From Eledone cirrhosa (taxonomy: Eukaryota): 64,000 nt of DNA. A program made the translations under genes and the position numbers. Below, one piece after another: positions 24,051-38,700 of this stretch. The notes beneath the pieces were generated by a model. That model made no database searches. It was given only the letters and a program-made list of their open reading frames with translations, and was not told the origin of the DNA. The stretch spans positions 18,042,001 through 18,106,000 of the forward strand of contig OZ024741.1 in NCBI GenBank assembly GCA_964016885.1, read 5' to 3'. Every line of letters begins with the position of its first letter. Position 1 is the first letter of the stretch.

Positions 24051-27000
24051 TCATAAAAACGACTGGGGTGGAGCACCTCTCTCTCCATCCCGATCCTTGA
24101 AGAAACGGACCAGTTGTTGGCCAGAGAGAAAGGTGCCTGACCTCAGTCCTTTGAGACGCGTCCACCATACAACTTCTTTCACCATGGCTATTACGTACAG
24201 AAACACCGCCTCTCCTTTATCTTTGAAGGGGGGAGGCGGCTTTATCATTACAATAGACTCGGTGGTCAACCGGATCGGTCCCACCCTTGCCAGCAGTTGT
24301 TCGACATAGCCCCACACACCGAGCAGTGTACCAATGCGTGTGCAACGGTTTCCTCGTCGCACACGCATCTGGGACAGATCTTTTTGGCGGGGTCCCTACC
24401 CGGGCGCCCGTGTCTGTAGAGCTTTTCTCGAACGGGTAGAGCCCCTCGGTAGCACTGCCAGGCCAGGGACTTCTGGAAGTTGTCCATAGGTCCCGGGCTG
24501 AATGTCCTACCGAACAGGCTGGCCAGTTCGTCCTCCTCCATGTCTAGGGCTTCTCCGAGGGCGTCGTCGCACCTGCTGCGTACCAGCCCTCTATAGAATG
24601 TTGCGGTGGAGTCTCCACTGATAAACGGATCTGCCTGCCAGAGGGCGGTGAGCGCCTGGGCACACTCAGTGTGCCAGGCGCCCAGTTTTCTCGGTCTTTG
24701 CTTGACCCAGGATTGCAGCTCGGTGAGTGAGACGAGTCTGGGAAAGGTTCGTCTCACAAACGAGGCCCACACCGGTTGACCGGTGAGGAATACGTAGAGA
24801 TGCCGTAGCCTTAATGCGTATTTACGCATCATTAGCCACGGCATCCCCAGCCCTCCTTTCGAAGGGTGTTGACAGCAGATGGATCTCCTCACCATAGGAG
24901 CCCGCCTCTTCCAAAGGAATTGGAAGAGCGCGCGCTCCATCTTGGTGAGGGTTTCCCTTGGGCAGGGCACTACGGTCAGGCGGTAGTAGATGACGGACGC
25001 TATATAGTTGTTCGCCACCTCCGCCCGATCTTTCAGGGATAGTTTGCAACTGGCCCACTTCTGGGTCAGTGCAAACACCCTGTTCGTAACCTCCGCCCAG
25101 TTTTTCTCCACCTGGAGGTCCGGTCCGAACCAGACCCCGAGCAACTTCACCGGGCCCTCCGTCCAGCGTCCGACGACGCCATCGGAGGGCATCGATCTGC
25201 CCCTCCACGTGCCGAGTTGCAAACCGATCGACTTGTCCCGGTTCAGCTTAGCCCCTGTGAACCTTTCGTACTCCTCCAGTAAGGTGCCGACCGCCTCGAT
25301 TTCGGAGGCCGTCGACACCATTACTGTCACGTCATCGGCGTAGGCCGACACCGCTTTCCGCAATCCCGGTTCCAAAGGGATGCCCTGCAACAACTCCAAC
25401 TTCCGCAGTAGTGGCTCGAGAGTCAACACATACAGAAGGGAGGAGAGAGGGCACCCTTGTCGGATGGACCGCGCGATTTTGAACGGCTCCGAGAGGTAGC
25501 CGTTCACCTTGACCCTAGAGCAGAAAACGGGTCCGAAGCCTGCCGCCGCTAGCACCGCATCCAGGTAACCATGGTCGACCCTATCGAACGCCTTAGATTG
25601 ATCCAAGTTGATCAGAGCCCCACCAAAGCCGGGTTCGTTCCCAACCCTCTCTATGATGTATCGCATGAGGTGGAGGTTGTCATGGATGGACCTGGACGGG
25701 ATAGCGCATGTCTGCGCATCTCCCACCAGGCTGCCCACGACAAGCGCCAACCTCTTTGCTAGCACCTTGGCCAAAATCTGTAACTCTGTATTTAGCAGAG
25801 TTATGGGCCTGAAGTTACTTATTTCGTCCCACTTGTTCTCGTCCTTCCTCACTAGCGTGACTACGCCCTTGGTCACAGTACAGGGAATTCTCCCGTTCTG
25901 TTTCCAGTTGCAGTAGACCGCCTCGAGGAGATCGGGGAACAAGTCCGGCATAGCTAGATATAATTCGTAAGGAATACCATCGAGACCCGGGGATTTGCGT
26001 TTGCCGCATTGGCTCAGCACGTCCTCTATCTCAGCGGCCGAAATCGGCTCCTCGCAGGACTTCGCCTCCCTGTCCGAGAGGCGCGGCAAGCCGTCGAGGT
26101 ATGGACCGAAGTCCACGTTCCCAACCGGCTCCCCGCCCCTCCCGGGCAAAGTGCCTTTGAAAGGCCTCACGCATCTGCTTAGGCTCAAGAATCGCCCGTC
26201 CATCCAGGTCTCGCAAAGACCGGATGGTGGATTTAGTTCCACTGTTGGCCTCTGTCACGCGGGCCCAGCTAACAGCTTTGGTCCCCTCGTTCCCTAGAGC
26301 ACGTATTTTACTTCGGACAACGCAGCCTTCGTGCTTCGCGTCGAAAAACTGGCTCAAAGCCGTTCTCGACGCTAGCACTCTGGCCACGTCGCCGCTTCTA
26401 ATTGCCTCTTCTACTCTATCTATTAGCTCCCTTTCCTTCCTATTCCTATCCGCAGCTAGAACCTTACTAAATTCTATCGAGACTACTCTAATCTCTCTCT
26501 TTAGAGATACCCACCACCTGCTGTTGACGATCGCTCCAGTCAACCGTTCCTTAACTAACGTACTAATCCGATCTCTGTAGGCTCTACTTGCCGGCAAGGA
26601 CAAGTTGAGCTTCCAGTAACCGGGGCCCTGTCTATGCGTTCTATCAAGGTTGACCACGCAGATCACCAACTTGTGGTCTGAATAGCCAACCATGAGCATT
26701 TCTGGACAACTTAAAAAGTCCCTGTCCTTATTTCTAACTAAAAATCTATCTAGGTACGACCTAGATGATCCGCTGCGATTTGACCAAGACCAGGTTGGCA
26801 CCGTCGGAAAATCTAGTCGAAATCTATCGGCCAGGTCAAATCGGCCGAGTAACCCCTTGAGGCTGTTGCACCCCTCTCTGTCGCGACATGCCTCTGCATA
26901 GTCCCAACGTGCATCCAAGATACCATTCCAATCCCCCACTAGAAAAGACTCCAGACGCTGGAAAAAGTCGGGCCGCTCTGTCCCAAAAGGGGCATATGCG

Positions 27001-27329
27001 GCTACCAGCCTAAAGGCTCTACCTTCACCACTGCCAAGGTCCAGCACCACCAGTCGACCCCTTGGGTCCAAGTGAACTATCTGTGTTGCAAGGCCCATAT
27101 GTTTTTGCAGCAGAACTACAACCCCACCCCCACCTCCGGGCTGACAGAGAGATGCGTGCATCTCAAAGTCGTCAAAGGTGGGGGCTAGCTGTCGCATGCT
27201 GCTGATCCGGGCCTCGCAGATAACCATCACATTTATAGATTGTGACCTGAGGTCATTTAGAAGCATTGCTTGCTTCCAAGATGAGCCCAGGCCACGCGCA
27301 TTTAGACACCCTACTCTTAGCACAGCCAT
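24051..27329 (-). pseudogene. Element A ORF2 (APE-RT-zf), with frameshifts and small deletions
   Basis: MAVLRVGCLNARGL, GDWN, SDH, AYADD and CPRCVCDEETVAHALVHC across ORFs 26031-27353, 24266-26242 and 24051-24368. Confidence 0.9.
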
Positions 27330-27353
27330 GTTGGTGGTATGGAGAAAAGGCAC

Positions 27354-29217
27354 TTACCTCTCTGCGTCCCGGGAAACGGGCCGCTCAATTTCCATGCTGG
27401 TTGGGGATGGGTTGTTGGGTGGGGTGGTGGTTTGTGGAAGTGAAGGGGCATCGGTGTGTTGTGGGGTTGGGGTGTTTGTGGTGGAGTGGGTGTCTGGGTG
27501 GGGGGGGGGGGTATTTTTTAGGAGGACACGGTTGATTGGTTTGGCGCAGGGGGGGGGGGGGGGGGCACGTCCTCCGTGAAATTTATTTTCAGTGTTTTGT
27601 ACAAGTGCATTGGGACTTTTATCATTTTTAAATGAGGTAGTCCCACAGCAGTTATAAAGTTAGGCCCTTCAGTTTGGACCGAAGGGTTTGCTGAAATTGT
27701 TTTCCGTAATTCTTTGTTGTCTGTGTTCATGTATGTATATTGTAAGGTCTTTTTTTGTGTAGCAGTTAGTGTTGTTTGACAGGGAGGGGTGGTTTGTGTG
27801 TAGTTTGTGTTCTCTTGGGGGGGGGGGTGTTAAAGTTAACATGTGTGTCTGTGGTGCGTCTCCTCTTCTTTCTTTTTACTTGTTGGAAGGGATCTTTTTC
27901 GTCTTGCGACGAAAGGGGTTCGTCTTCCTTGTTGGGTGGGAGGGGTATGTTTTCTGGTAGTGTTTGCGGTGTGTGTGTTTTTGTATTTGTTTTGGGTGGG
28001 GAATTGATTGGGTTTGGACGGTATTCTGTGTTATTTTTTCACGTGTTTGTTGTTGTTGTTGTTGTTGTGGTGGTGGTGGTGGTGGTAGGGTTGTTGGTTT
28101 TTGTTGTTGTTGTGGTTGTTTTTGTTGTTGTTGTTGGGGTGGTGTTGGTGTTGGTAGCAGTGTTTTTTTCTGTGTGAGCTGGGGACAGGCAGCCCTCAGG
28201 TGACCTCTATTGCCACAGAGGTAACAGGAGGGACGCCTACCCTCCACAATAATGTTGAGGTGGGTACGGTCATCCAGCATGACGCGCTCAGGGATTTGGG
28301 CGATGCGTTCTGGCCTTATTTGGGTCAGAACTTCGATGCTCGTTCCACTGAACGCGTCGCCGGATGCCTTCCCTATTGAAATGAGGTTGTCCTCGTCTAA
28401 ATAGAGGAAACCGGTTAGTAACCACCAGTAGTTTATGTTTGGGGTGATGGTGGTTATCCATATCCTCTGGGTTTTTTTACCCATATAGGTGGGGAAGAAG
28501 GTGTAGTGTGTGGACCGAATTGGCGACACAGAGTATTTTTTCGCCGCCAATTCGTCTTTCATCAATATGGATAAACTCCCATAGAGTTTATCCTTTTGTA
28601 TAAAAGTGATGTCTCTCATCGCTTCTTTCAAGACTAACTGAATTTCGGCTTGAGATGGTTGTGCTGGTTTTTTTGTTTTATTTAAAATTGTTCGGAATAC
28701 GACAGTTCGTAATTCCGTCTGTTTTTTTTAGTTCTGGAGGTGAATGTATAGAAAACGAACCGTTTTCGCCAAAAGATACATATTTCTTGGCTTTTTCCAG
28801 CATTTCTTTTGCTTTTGAAATGTCTTCCAGCACATATGCGACTGATAATTTAGCCGTTTGTGCAAAAGATATTTTGTTTTCGCTTTGGATTTTAGTATTG
28901 TTTTGTTTCTCGTCATTTGAGTTGTTTTCATCTTTGTTGTTGTTGTTGTCTTTCTCGTTTGGTGTGTGGATACTTGTGACGTTTGTGTTGTTGTTGTTTT
29001 TGTTGTCTTTATTGTTGCTGTTGTTGTCGTTGTTGTTGTTGTTTTCAAATTCTTGTATAGTTGTGGCTACTTCTAGTGGTCGGTCAACAGGTGAAGACAA
29101 TTCTTCCTCTCTCTGACCTCTGCCTTTGGCGTCTGCTGCTGTGACAGTGGCAGGGGGAAGCTGTGAGTATGACTTCCCCTTTCCTTCTTTGATTGATGGT
29201 GAAGATGCTTCAGCCAT
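27354..29217 (-). pseudogene. Element A ORF1 (CCHC knuckle), frameshifted
   Basis: VEGRRPSCYLCGNRGHLRAACP; ORFs 28678-29226, 27876-28631 and 27518-27730. Confidence 0.85.
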
Positions 29218-29439
29218 TTTTCTCAAAATAGGGTTTTTCGAAGTTTTTCGAAAGATAAAATGTTCACAATACTATTTCGCCCAAAGGCGCAGAATATTTT
29301 GAGAGACCGACCAGATCAAAATTTGACCTGGCAGTCCCTCTACAAAATGGTACAAAAATGAAAGTTTACAGTTTACAATTTCCGTATGAATTTAAACAAA
29401 ACTTACCGAGCGAGCTCAGCACATGTGTCCATCGTAAAG

Positions 29440-29440
<1 letters not shown>

Positions 29441-29490
<50 letters not shown>

Positions 29491-29523
29491 CAGATAGGTA
29501 GATAGCTAGATAGATAGATAGAT
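29441..29523. repeat. (GATA)n array between elements A and B
   Basis: Direct reading. Confidence 0.97.
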
Positions 29524-29754
29524 TTCTATTTATTTGCCACTAGGGCACAAGAGAAAGGGACAAATACACAGGGGGGAGTTTACATAAATACGAGTAAAGA
29601 AAAAGGCATAACAATGATAATAACATAATAATAAAAAGTCCTCAAAAGGGAGGGGGCGTGTTGGGGATTGCACATACCCCCGAAAAGTGTGCAACCCTTT
29701 TCGCGGGGTAAGCCCAGAGAGGAGGCGCTCCCCCTTTCCTCTTCACTTCTTCAC

Positions 29755-32700
29755 CTACAGAACAATGTAGAGAGAAGGCCCATTTACACGAGCCATTCTC
29801 GCTTCTTTCACCCACCTTTCATAAAACTGTCTGGGGCCAAGCACTTCTCTCTCCATCCTGATCCTTCTTCCGAAGTGGTATCGGAAGAAGTAAACCGGGT
29901 GATGACCGGAGAGAAAGTCACCCGACCTCAGACCTTTCAGGCGCGTCCACCACACAACCTCTTTCATCATGGCTATTACGCACAGAAAGACCGCCTCTGC
30001 TTCATTTCTGAAGGGAGGAGGCGGCTTGATGTTCACCACAGACTCGGCGGTCAATCGAATCGGCGCCACACGCGACAGCAGTCGTTCGACGCAGCCCCAC
30101 AGGTCGGCAACGCCCGGGCAGTGTACCAGTGCATGCGCAACGGTTTCCTCGTTGCGCACGCATCTGGGACAGATCATTTTCGCGGGATCCCTGCCCGGGC
30201 GCCCGTGTCTGTAGAGCTTTTCTCGAACGGGCAGAGCCCCCCGGTAACACTACCAGGCTAGGGACCTCTGGAAGTTGTTCCTGGGTCCCGGGCCGAAAGT
30301 TCTACCGAACAGGCTGGCCAGTTCGTCCTCCTCCATGCCTAGCGACTCTCCAAGGGTGTCGTCGCCCCTGCTAGCTACCAGCCCTCTATAGAATATCGAG
30401 GTGGATTCTCCACTGATAGTCGGGTCCGCTTGCCAGATAGCTGTGAGCGCCTGGGCACACTCGGTGTGCCAGTTGCCCAGTTTTCTCAGTCTTTGCTTCA
30501 CCCAGGATTGCAGCTCGGTGAGCGAGACGAGCTGTGGGAAGGCTCGCCTCACAAACGGGGCCCACACCGGCTGACCGGTGAGGAATACCTGTAGATGCCG
30601 TAGTCTCAATGCGTGCCTACGCATCAACAGCCACGGCATACCCAGCCCTCCTTTCGAAGGGTGCTGGCAGCAGATGGATCTCCTTACCATGGGAGGCCGC
30701 TTCTTCCAGAGGAACTGGAAGAGCATGCGCTCCATGATGGTGAGCGTTTCCTTAGGGCAAGGCACGACGGTCAGGCGGTAGTAGATGACGGACGCTATGT
30801 AAGCGTTCGCCACCTCCGCCCGACCTTTCAGTGATAGTTTGCACTTGGCCCACTTCTGGCTCTGCGCAAACACCCTGCTCGTCACCTCGCCCCAATTCTT
30901 CTCCACCTGGAGGTCCGGTCCGAACCAGACCGCGAGCAGCTTCACCGGGCCCTCCGTCCACCGTCCGACGACACCGTCTAACGGCATCGGTTTGCCCCTC
31001 CACGTTCCGAGTTGCAAACCGACTGACTTGTCCCGGTTCAGCCTAGCCCCCGTCAGCCTTTCGTATTCCTCCAGTAGGGTGGCGATCGCCCCGATTTCAG
31101 AGGCGTCCGCCACCATTACTGTTACGTCGTCAGCATAGGCCGAGACCGCTTTGTGCAATCCCGGTTCCAGGGGTATGCCCCGCAGCAACTCCAACTTCCG
31201 CAGCAGTGGCTCGAGAGCCAATACGTACAGAAGGGAGGAGAGGGGGCACCCCTGTCTGATGGACCGGGTGATTTGAAACGGCTCCGAGAGGTAGCCGTTT
31301 ACTTTAATCCTAGAGCAGACGTTGCCACTGTGCATGGCAGAAATCCAGCCCCTGAAAACGGGTGCGAAGCCCGCCGCCGCTAGCACCGCATCCAGGTAGC
31401 CATGGTCGACCCTATCGAACGCCTTAGATTGATCCAAGTTGATCAGGGCCCCACCAAAGCCGGATTCGTTCCCAACCCTCTCTACGATGTATCGCATGAG
31501 GTGGAGGTTGTCGTGAATGGACCTGGACGGGATAGCGCATGTCTGCGCGTCTCCCACCAAGCCAGCCACCACAAGCGCCAACCTCTTCGCTAACACCTTG
31601 GCCAAAATCTGTAACTCTGCATTCAGCAGAATTATGGGCCTAAAGTTACTTAAGTCGTCCCCCTTGCTCTCATCTTTCCTCACTAGCGTGACTACGCCCT
31701 TGGTCACAGAACAGGGAATTCTCCCGTTCTGTTGCCAGTTGCAATAGACAGCCTCCGGAGAACAAGACCGGCATAGCTAAATAAAGTTGGTATGGTAGAC
31801 CATCGAGACCCGGAGATTTGCGTCTGCTGCATTGGCTGAGCGCTTCCCCAATTTCAGTGCTGTGATTGGCCTTTCGCAGCACTCCGCTTCGCCGCTCGAA
31901 AGACGCGGTAGACCGTCGAGGTATGGACCGAAGTCCACATCCCCGTCCGGCCCCCCGCCCCCTCCGAACAGTCGAGCAAAGTGCCTTTGAAAGGCCTCGC
32001 ACATCCGCTCAGGTTCAAGGATCACCCGTCCATCCTGGTCTCGCAAAGACCGAATGGTGAATTTAATCCCACTCTTGGCTTCTGTCACGCGGGCCCAGCT
32101 AACAGCTTTGATCCCCTCGTTCCCTAGAGCACGTATTTTACTTCGGACAACGCAGCCTTCGTGCTTCGCGTCAAAGAACTGGCTCAACGCCGTTCTCGAC
32201 GCTAACATTCTGGCCACGTCTCCGCTCCTAATCGCCTCTTCTAGTTTATCTGTCAACTCCCTTTCCCTCCTATTTCTATTCGCCGCTAGTTCCTTACTGT
32301 AACCTATCGTACTTACTCTAATCTCTCTCTTTAGAGATACCCACCACCTGCTGTTGACGATCGCTCCCGTCAACCACATCTTAACTAAGCTACTAATCCG
32401 GTTCCTGTAAGCTTCCTTTGCCGGCAAGGACAAGTTCATCTTCCAGTAACCGGGACCCTGTCTATGCGTTCTATCAAGGTTGACCACGCAGGTCACTAAT
32501 TTGTGATCTGAATAGCCAACAATGAGCAATTCTGGACAACTAAATACGTCCCTATCCTTACTCCTAACCAAAAACCTATCTAGGTACGATCTAGATTGAC
32601 CACTGCGGTTTGCCCAGGTCCAGGTTGGCACAGTTGGAAAATCTAGTCGAAATCTATCGACCAGGTCGAATCGATCGAGTAACCCCTTGAGGCCGCTACA

Positions 32701-33183
32701 CCCCCCTCTATCGGGACATGCCCCTGCATAGTCCTAACGCGCATCTAGGATTCCATTCCAGTCCCCCACTAAAAGCAGGGAACGCGACGTTCCTAGAAAA
32801 GTCTCCAGACGCTGGAAGAAGTCGGCTCTTTCAGCCCCGAAGGGGGCATAAAGACCGACCAGTCTGAAAGCCCCACCTTCACCGCCTCCGACGTCCAGCA
32901 CCAGTAATCGACCCCCCGGGTCCGAGTGAACAATCTGTACGTCGAGAGCCAGAGATTTATCCAGCACTACGGCAACCCCACCCCCGCCTCCGGGTTGACA
33001 GAGAGATGCGTGCATCTCAAAGTCATCGAAGGCGGGAGCCAGCTGTCGCACGCTGCTGATCCGACTCTCGCAAACAACCATCACATCTATACTTCGTGAC
33101 CTGAGGTCACTTAGAAGCTTTGCTTGCTTCCAAGCTGAGCCCAGGCCACGCGCATTCAAACAACCAACTCTCAATTGATCTAT
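29755..33183 (-). pseudogene. Element B ORF2 (APE-RT-zf), with in-frame stops and frameshifts
   Basis: LRVGCLNARGL, GDWN, SDH, AYADD, CPRCVRNEETVAHALVHC. Nonsense codons at 32734 and 30250; start codon apparently ATG>ATA. Confidence 0.9.
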
Positions 33184-35272
33184 TTTGGTGTTGAAAGTGA
33201 AGAAAGAAAAGCACCTACCTCTTCGGGTTGTGTAATTTCCATGGGGTCGGGTGTGTTGTGTGGAGGGATGTTTTGTGGTAGTGTGGGGGTATCCGAGTGT
33301 GGTGGGGTTGGGGTATTTGGAGTTGTGTCAGGGAGAGGGGAGGTTATGGGGAAATCTTTCAAGAGGACGCGATTTAACGGTTTTAAACAGGGGGGCTCAC
33401 GTCCTGTTTAAATTGTTCTTTTAAGGAACGATAAAAGTCCAGAGGGACCTTTATCATTTTTAAATGGGTGAAGTTCTCTGTTGAGATAAAGTTTGGCCCT
33501 TCGGTCTGCACCAAGGGCTATTGTTTATTAATTTAAACAGTTTTTTTGTTTTCTTTATTTATATATGTGTATTGTAAAGTCTTTTTTGTGATGCTGTCAA
33601 TGTTTCGAAGGGGGGAGGCGCAGATTTATTTTTGTTTGTCGAGGGTGGGGTGTTTTTGATTGGAGTTGGTGTTTGTGTGTGGGTTATTTGTTGTGGTGTG
33701 CTAGGTGTGTGCTTTCGTTTTTTTCTTTTAACTTGTCTGAAGGCTTCTCTCCCTTCTTCTTCAGAAGTTGGGGGAAATCTTCAGCGCTAGGTGGGAGGGA
33801 CGTGGTGTCTGGTTGTTTTTTTTTGTGGGAGGGGTAGATTTGTTGCTGCTTTTTTTATTATTTGTTTGGAATGTGTTTTGTGGTGGTGGTGGTGGTGATG
33901 TTTGTGTCGTGCTTGTGGTTGGTGATGGTGGTGGTGATGTTTGTGTTGTGGTTGGTGCTGGTGGTGGTGATGTTTGTGTTGGGCTTGTGGTTGGTGGTGT
34001 CTGTATTTTGTTTACTGTGTGTTGTATTAGTGTATTTTTGGAGGTGGGTGGTGTTGGTGTACTGTTTGTGGTGGGTGTGGGCAATAGTCCTTTTTGTGGG
34101 ATACGAATCGGGCAGTTAGCCTTAGCGTGTCCCCTTTCCGTGCATGAATAGCATGCTGGTCTTCTCCCCTATACAATTATATATATTGGGGTGAGGTCAT
34201 CCAGCCAGATGCGATCCGGGATTTGCGCTATTCTTTCGGGCCTCATTTGGACTTGTAGGTCGAGGCCCATTCCCAGGAACGCATCTCCAGATGCCTTCCC
34301 CATTGACAGCACTGTGTCCTCGCCCATGTCTATGAAGCCAGCAATAGCCCACCAGAAGTCCATTGTGGGCAGCATTGTCTGTATTTTGACTTTCTGAGTT
34401 CTTCTACCCATGTAGGAGGGATAGAAACTGTATGCTGTTGATGTGAGTGGGCTTAGGGAAAGCCTCTGTGCTGTTTCCTTGTCTTTTGTTAAAACAGAAA
34501 TGCTGCCATAGAGTCGGTCCTTTCGTATGAAGAGAATATTCTTCATATGGTCTTTTAGGACCAACTCTATCTCCATTTGGCTGGGCTGTGCTGGCTTTCT
34601 TGTGTTGTTTAGGACTGTTCTAAACAGAACAGTGTTTTCTAGTCTCGTTTTCTTGAATTCTGGGGGGGGGGGTATTAAAGGAAAACATTCCGTTCTCCCC
34701 CAAGACTATGTGCTTTTTTGCTTCTGCCAGTTTCTCTCTGGCGGCAGTTAAGTCAATAGGTGTATATATTATAGATTTTTTTGTTGTCTGTGCGAAAGTT
34801 GTTTTTGTTGTGTTTGTGTTATTTATGTTGGTGTATTCGTTCACATTTTTTTTTCTTTGGGGTTAGACTCCATTTTTTCAAAGTCTTCACTTATATTTTC
34901 ATTATCCGAGAGACTTGTAGTCACAGCTACTACTTCTCTTTCACCTTTGCTGGTGGGCGTGGCGCCGTGAAAAGTCGAAACGTCATCCATTAATTTTGGC
35001 AATTTCTCCGAGTTAATTTTTTTCACATTTTTTTCATTAGGGTTAGGTTCCATTTTTTCAATGTTTCTAATAATCATTATTCTTTCAGTAGGGTGGCTTG
35101 TTGCCTCAGCTACCCGCTCTCCTTCAGTTTGTTTAGTGGGCGTGTCATCGTTACTTGTGGTAATGGCTTCCATTACCACTAGCGTAGAGACAATTGCAAG
35201 ATTTTTAGGATGAAAAATTTCACCCCAAAAGGGATGAAATAAATTAACCCTAATGTCCGGAGACCCAGGCAA
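33180..35272 (-). pseudogene. Element B ORF1, fragmented
   Basis: KDRLYGSISV and QMRPERIAQIPDRI motifs are shared with A and C; knuckle region at about 34110-34165. Confidence 0.8.
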
Positions 35273-35380
35273 GGGGGTTAATTAACACAATAACGCAAGA
35301 ATACAGACAAACACTTACTGTTAACACGTAATATCTCCAATATTCGCGGAGCCGATGTGAAGCACGTCTATGCCATCCGG

Positions 35381-35399
35381 AGATAGATAGATAGATAGG

Positions 35400-35434
<35 letters not shown>

Positions 35435-35443
35435 GTAGATAGG

Positions 35444-35500
<57 letters not shown>
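35381..35500. repeat. (GATA)n array between elements B and C
   Basis: Direct reading. Confidence 0.97.
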
Positions 35501-35714
35501 TTCTTTATTTACCATAAAGGCATAAAAAGAAGGGACAAATACAAAGGGGGAGTTTACATAAAATCGAGTAAAAAGGGTATAAAATGAAAATAATCGAAAA
35601 CAACCTCAAAAGGGAGGGGACGTGATGGGGGTTGCACACACCCCCGAAAAAGTGTGCAATCCTTTGCCCGGGGAGCACATGGAGAAGGTGCTCCCCTCTC
35701 CTTCACTTCTTTAC

Positions 35715-38700
35715 CTACAGGATGGTATACAGAGAAGGCCCATTTACACGAGCCATTCTCGCCACTATCACCCACCTTTCATAAAACTGCCTGTGGCCAA
35801 GCACCTCTCTCTCCATTCTTATCCTTCTTCCGAAGTGATATCGGAAGAAGTAGACCAGACTATGGCCAGAGAGGAAGTTGCCTGACCTCAGACCTTTCAA
35901 TCGTGTACACCAAACAACCTCTTTCAACATGGCTATTACGCACAGAAAAACCGCCTTTGCTTCCTTTGTGAAGAGGGGAGGCGGCTTGATTGTCACCACG
36001 GACTCGGCGGTCAATCGAATCGGCTCCACCCGCGACAGCAGTCGTTCGGCGTAGCCCCACAGATCAGCCACGCCCGGACATTGCACCAATGCGTGCGCAA
36101 CGGTTTCTTCGTGACGCACGCATCTAGGGCAAATCTTTTTCGAGGGATGCCTGCCCGGGCGCCCGTGTCTGTAGAGCCTCTCTCGAACGGGTAGAGCCCC
36201 CCGGTAGCACTGCCAGGCTAGTTACTTCTGGAAGTTGTCCATTGGTCCCGGGCCGAAAGTCCTACCGAACAGGCTGGCCAGTTCGTCCTCTTCCATGTCC
36301 AGCGACTCTCCAAGGGTGTCATCGCCCCTGCTAGCAACCATCCCTCTATAGAATGATGAGGTGGATTCTCCACCGATGGCCGGGTCCGCTTGCCAGAGAG
36401 CCCTGTGCGCCTGGGCACACTCGGTGTGCCAGTCTCCCAGTTTTCCGGATCTTTGCTTGACCCAGGACTGCAGCTCGGTGAGCGAGACGAGTCTCGGAAA
36501 GGCTCGTTTCACGAACGGAGCCCACACCGGTTGACCAGTGAGGAATACCTGTAGGTGCCGTAGCCTTAATGCGCGCCTACGCATCATCAACCACGGCATC
36601 CCCGGCCCTCCTTTCGAAGGTTGTTGGCAGCAGATGGATCTTCTCACCATAGGGGGGCGCTTCTTCCAAAGAAATTGAAAGAGCATGCGTTCCATGGTGG
36701 TGAGTGTTTCCTTAGGGCAAGGCACGACGGTCAGGCGGTAGTAAGTGACGGACGCTATGTAAATGTTCGCTACATCCGCCCGACCTTTTAGGGACAGCTT
36801 ACACTTGGCCCATTTCTGGGTTAGTGCAAACACCTTGTTCGTAACCTCGCCCCAGTTCTTTTCCACCTGGAGGTCCGGTCCAAACCAGACCCCAAGCAAC
36901 TTCAACGGGCCCTGCGTCCAGTGTCCGACGACACCATCGGGAGGCATCGGTCTGCCTCTCCACATTCCGAGTTGCAGCCCGATGGATTTTTCCCGGTTCA
37001 GTTTCGCTCCTGACAACCTTTCGTAATCCTCCAGTAAGGTACCAATCGCCTCGATCTCCGAGTCGGTCGATACCATTACTGTTACGTCATCGGCGTAGGC
37101 CGACACCGCTTTGCTCAATCCTGGTTCCAGGAGGATACCCTGCAACAACTCCAACTTCCTCAGTAAAGGCTCGAGAGTCAATACGTACAGAAGGGAGGAG
37201 AGAGGGCACCCCTGTCGAATGGATCGTGTGATTTCAAACGGCTTCGAAAGGTAGCCGTTCACCTTGATCCGAGAACAGATGTGGTTGCTATGTAAGGCAG
37301 TGATCCAGCCTGTGAAAACAGGACCGAACTCAGCCGCCGCTAGCACCGCATCCAGGTAACCATGGTCGACCCTATCGAACGCCTTAGACTGATCCAAGTT
37401 GATCAGGGCCCCACCGAAGCCGGGTTTGTTCCCAACCCTCTCTATGATGTATCGCATGAGGTGGAGGTTGTCGTGAATGGACCTGGATGGGATAGCACAT
37501 ATCTGCGCATCTACCACCAGGCCACCCACGACAAGCGCCAACCTCTTTGCTAACACCTTGGCCAAAATCTTTAACTCTGTGTTTAGCAGGGTTATGGGCC
37601 GAAAATTATTTATGCTATGCCCCTTGTTCTCGTCCTTCCTCACCAGCGAGACTACGCCCTTGGCTACAGAACAAGGAATTCTCCCGTTCTGCTGCCAATT
37701 GCAGTAGACTGCTTCGAGGAGTTCGGAGATGAAGACCGGCATTGCTAAATAAAGTTCGTAAGGTATACCATCGAGACCTGGAGATTTGCGTCTGCTGCAT
37801 TGGCTCAGCGCATCCCCGATCTCATCAGCCGAGATTGGTCCCTCGCAGGACTCTGCCTCTTCGCTCGAGAGACGCGGCAGGCCGTCGAGGTATGGACCGA
37901 AATCCACGTCCCCGCCCGGACCCTCGCCTCCCCCGAATAATCGGGCAAAGTGCCTTTGAAAGGCCTCGCACATCTGCTTAGGCTCCCGGATCACCCGTCC
38001 ATCCTCGTCTTGCAAAGACCGGATGGTGGATTGATTTCCACTCTTAGCTTCTGTCGCGCGGGCCCAGCCAACGGCTTTGGCCCCCTCATTACCTAGAGCA
38101 CTATTTTACTTCGAATGACGCAGCCTTCGTGCTTTGCATCCAAAAACTGGCTCAAGGCCGTCCTCGATGCCAGCACTCTGGCCACATCTTCGCTCTTGAT
38201 TGCCTCTTCTAATTTACCTGTTAATTCTTTCTCTTTCCTATTCCTATCGGCAGCTAACATCTTGCTATAACTTATTGATTCTGTTCTAATCTCTCTTTTG
38301 AGAGATGCCCACCATCGGTTGTTGACGATTGCACCCGTCAACTTCTCCTTAACTAATCTGCTAATCCGGTTTCTGTAAGTCTCTTTTGCCGGTAAAGACA
38401 AATTAAGTTTCCATTAACCGGGACCCTGTCTATGTGTTTTCTCGAGATTGACTACGCAGGTCACTAATTTGTGATCCGTATAGCCAACCGTGAGCATTTC
38501 TGGACAGCTTAATATGTACCTATCCTTACTTCTAACTAAGAATCTATCTAAGTACGATCTAGATTGACCACTATGGTTCGTCCAAGTCCAGGTTGGCACA
38601 GTTGGAAAATCTAGTCGATATCTATCGACCAAGTTAAAGCGGTCGAGTAACCCCTTGAGGCTGTTACACCCCCCTCTATTAGGACATGCTCCTGCATAGT

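Larger units (their letters stand above)
23719..29440 (-). mobile_element. Tx1/L1-clade retrotransposon A in (GATA)n
   Basis: 5' UTR, ORF1, ORF2 and a 3' UTR ending AATAAAAGAAACA|TATCTATC; both ends abut GATA arrays. Confidence 0.9.
29524..35380 (-). mobile_element. Tx1/L1-clade retrotransposon B in (GATA)n
   Basis: 3' end AATAAATAGAA|ATCTATCTATC; ORF1 and ORF2 homologous to A and C; 5' end abuts a GATA array. Confidence 0.9.
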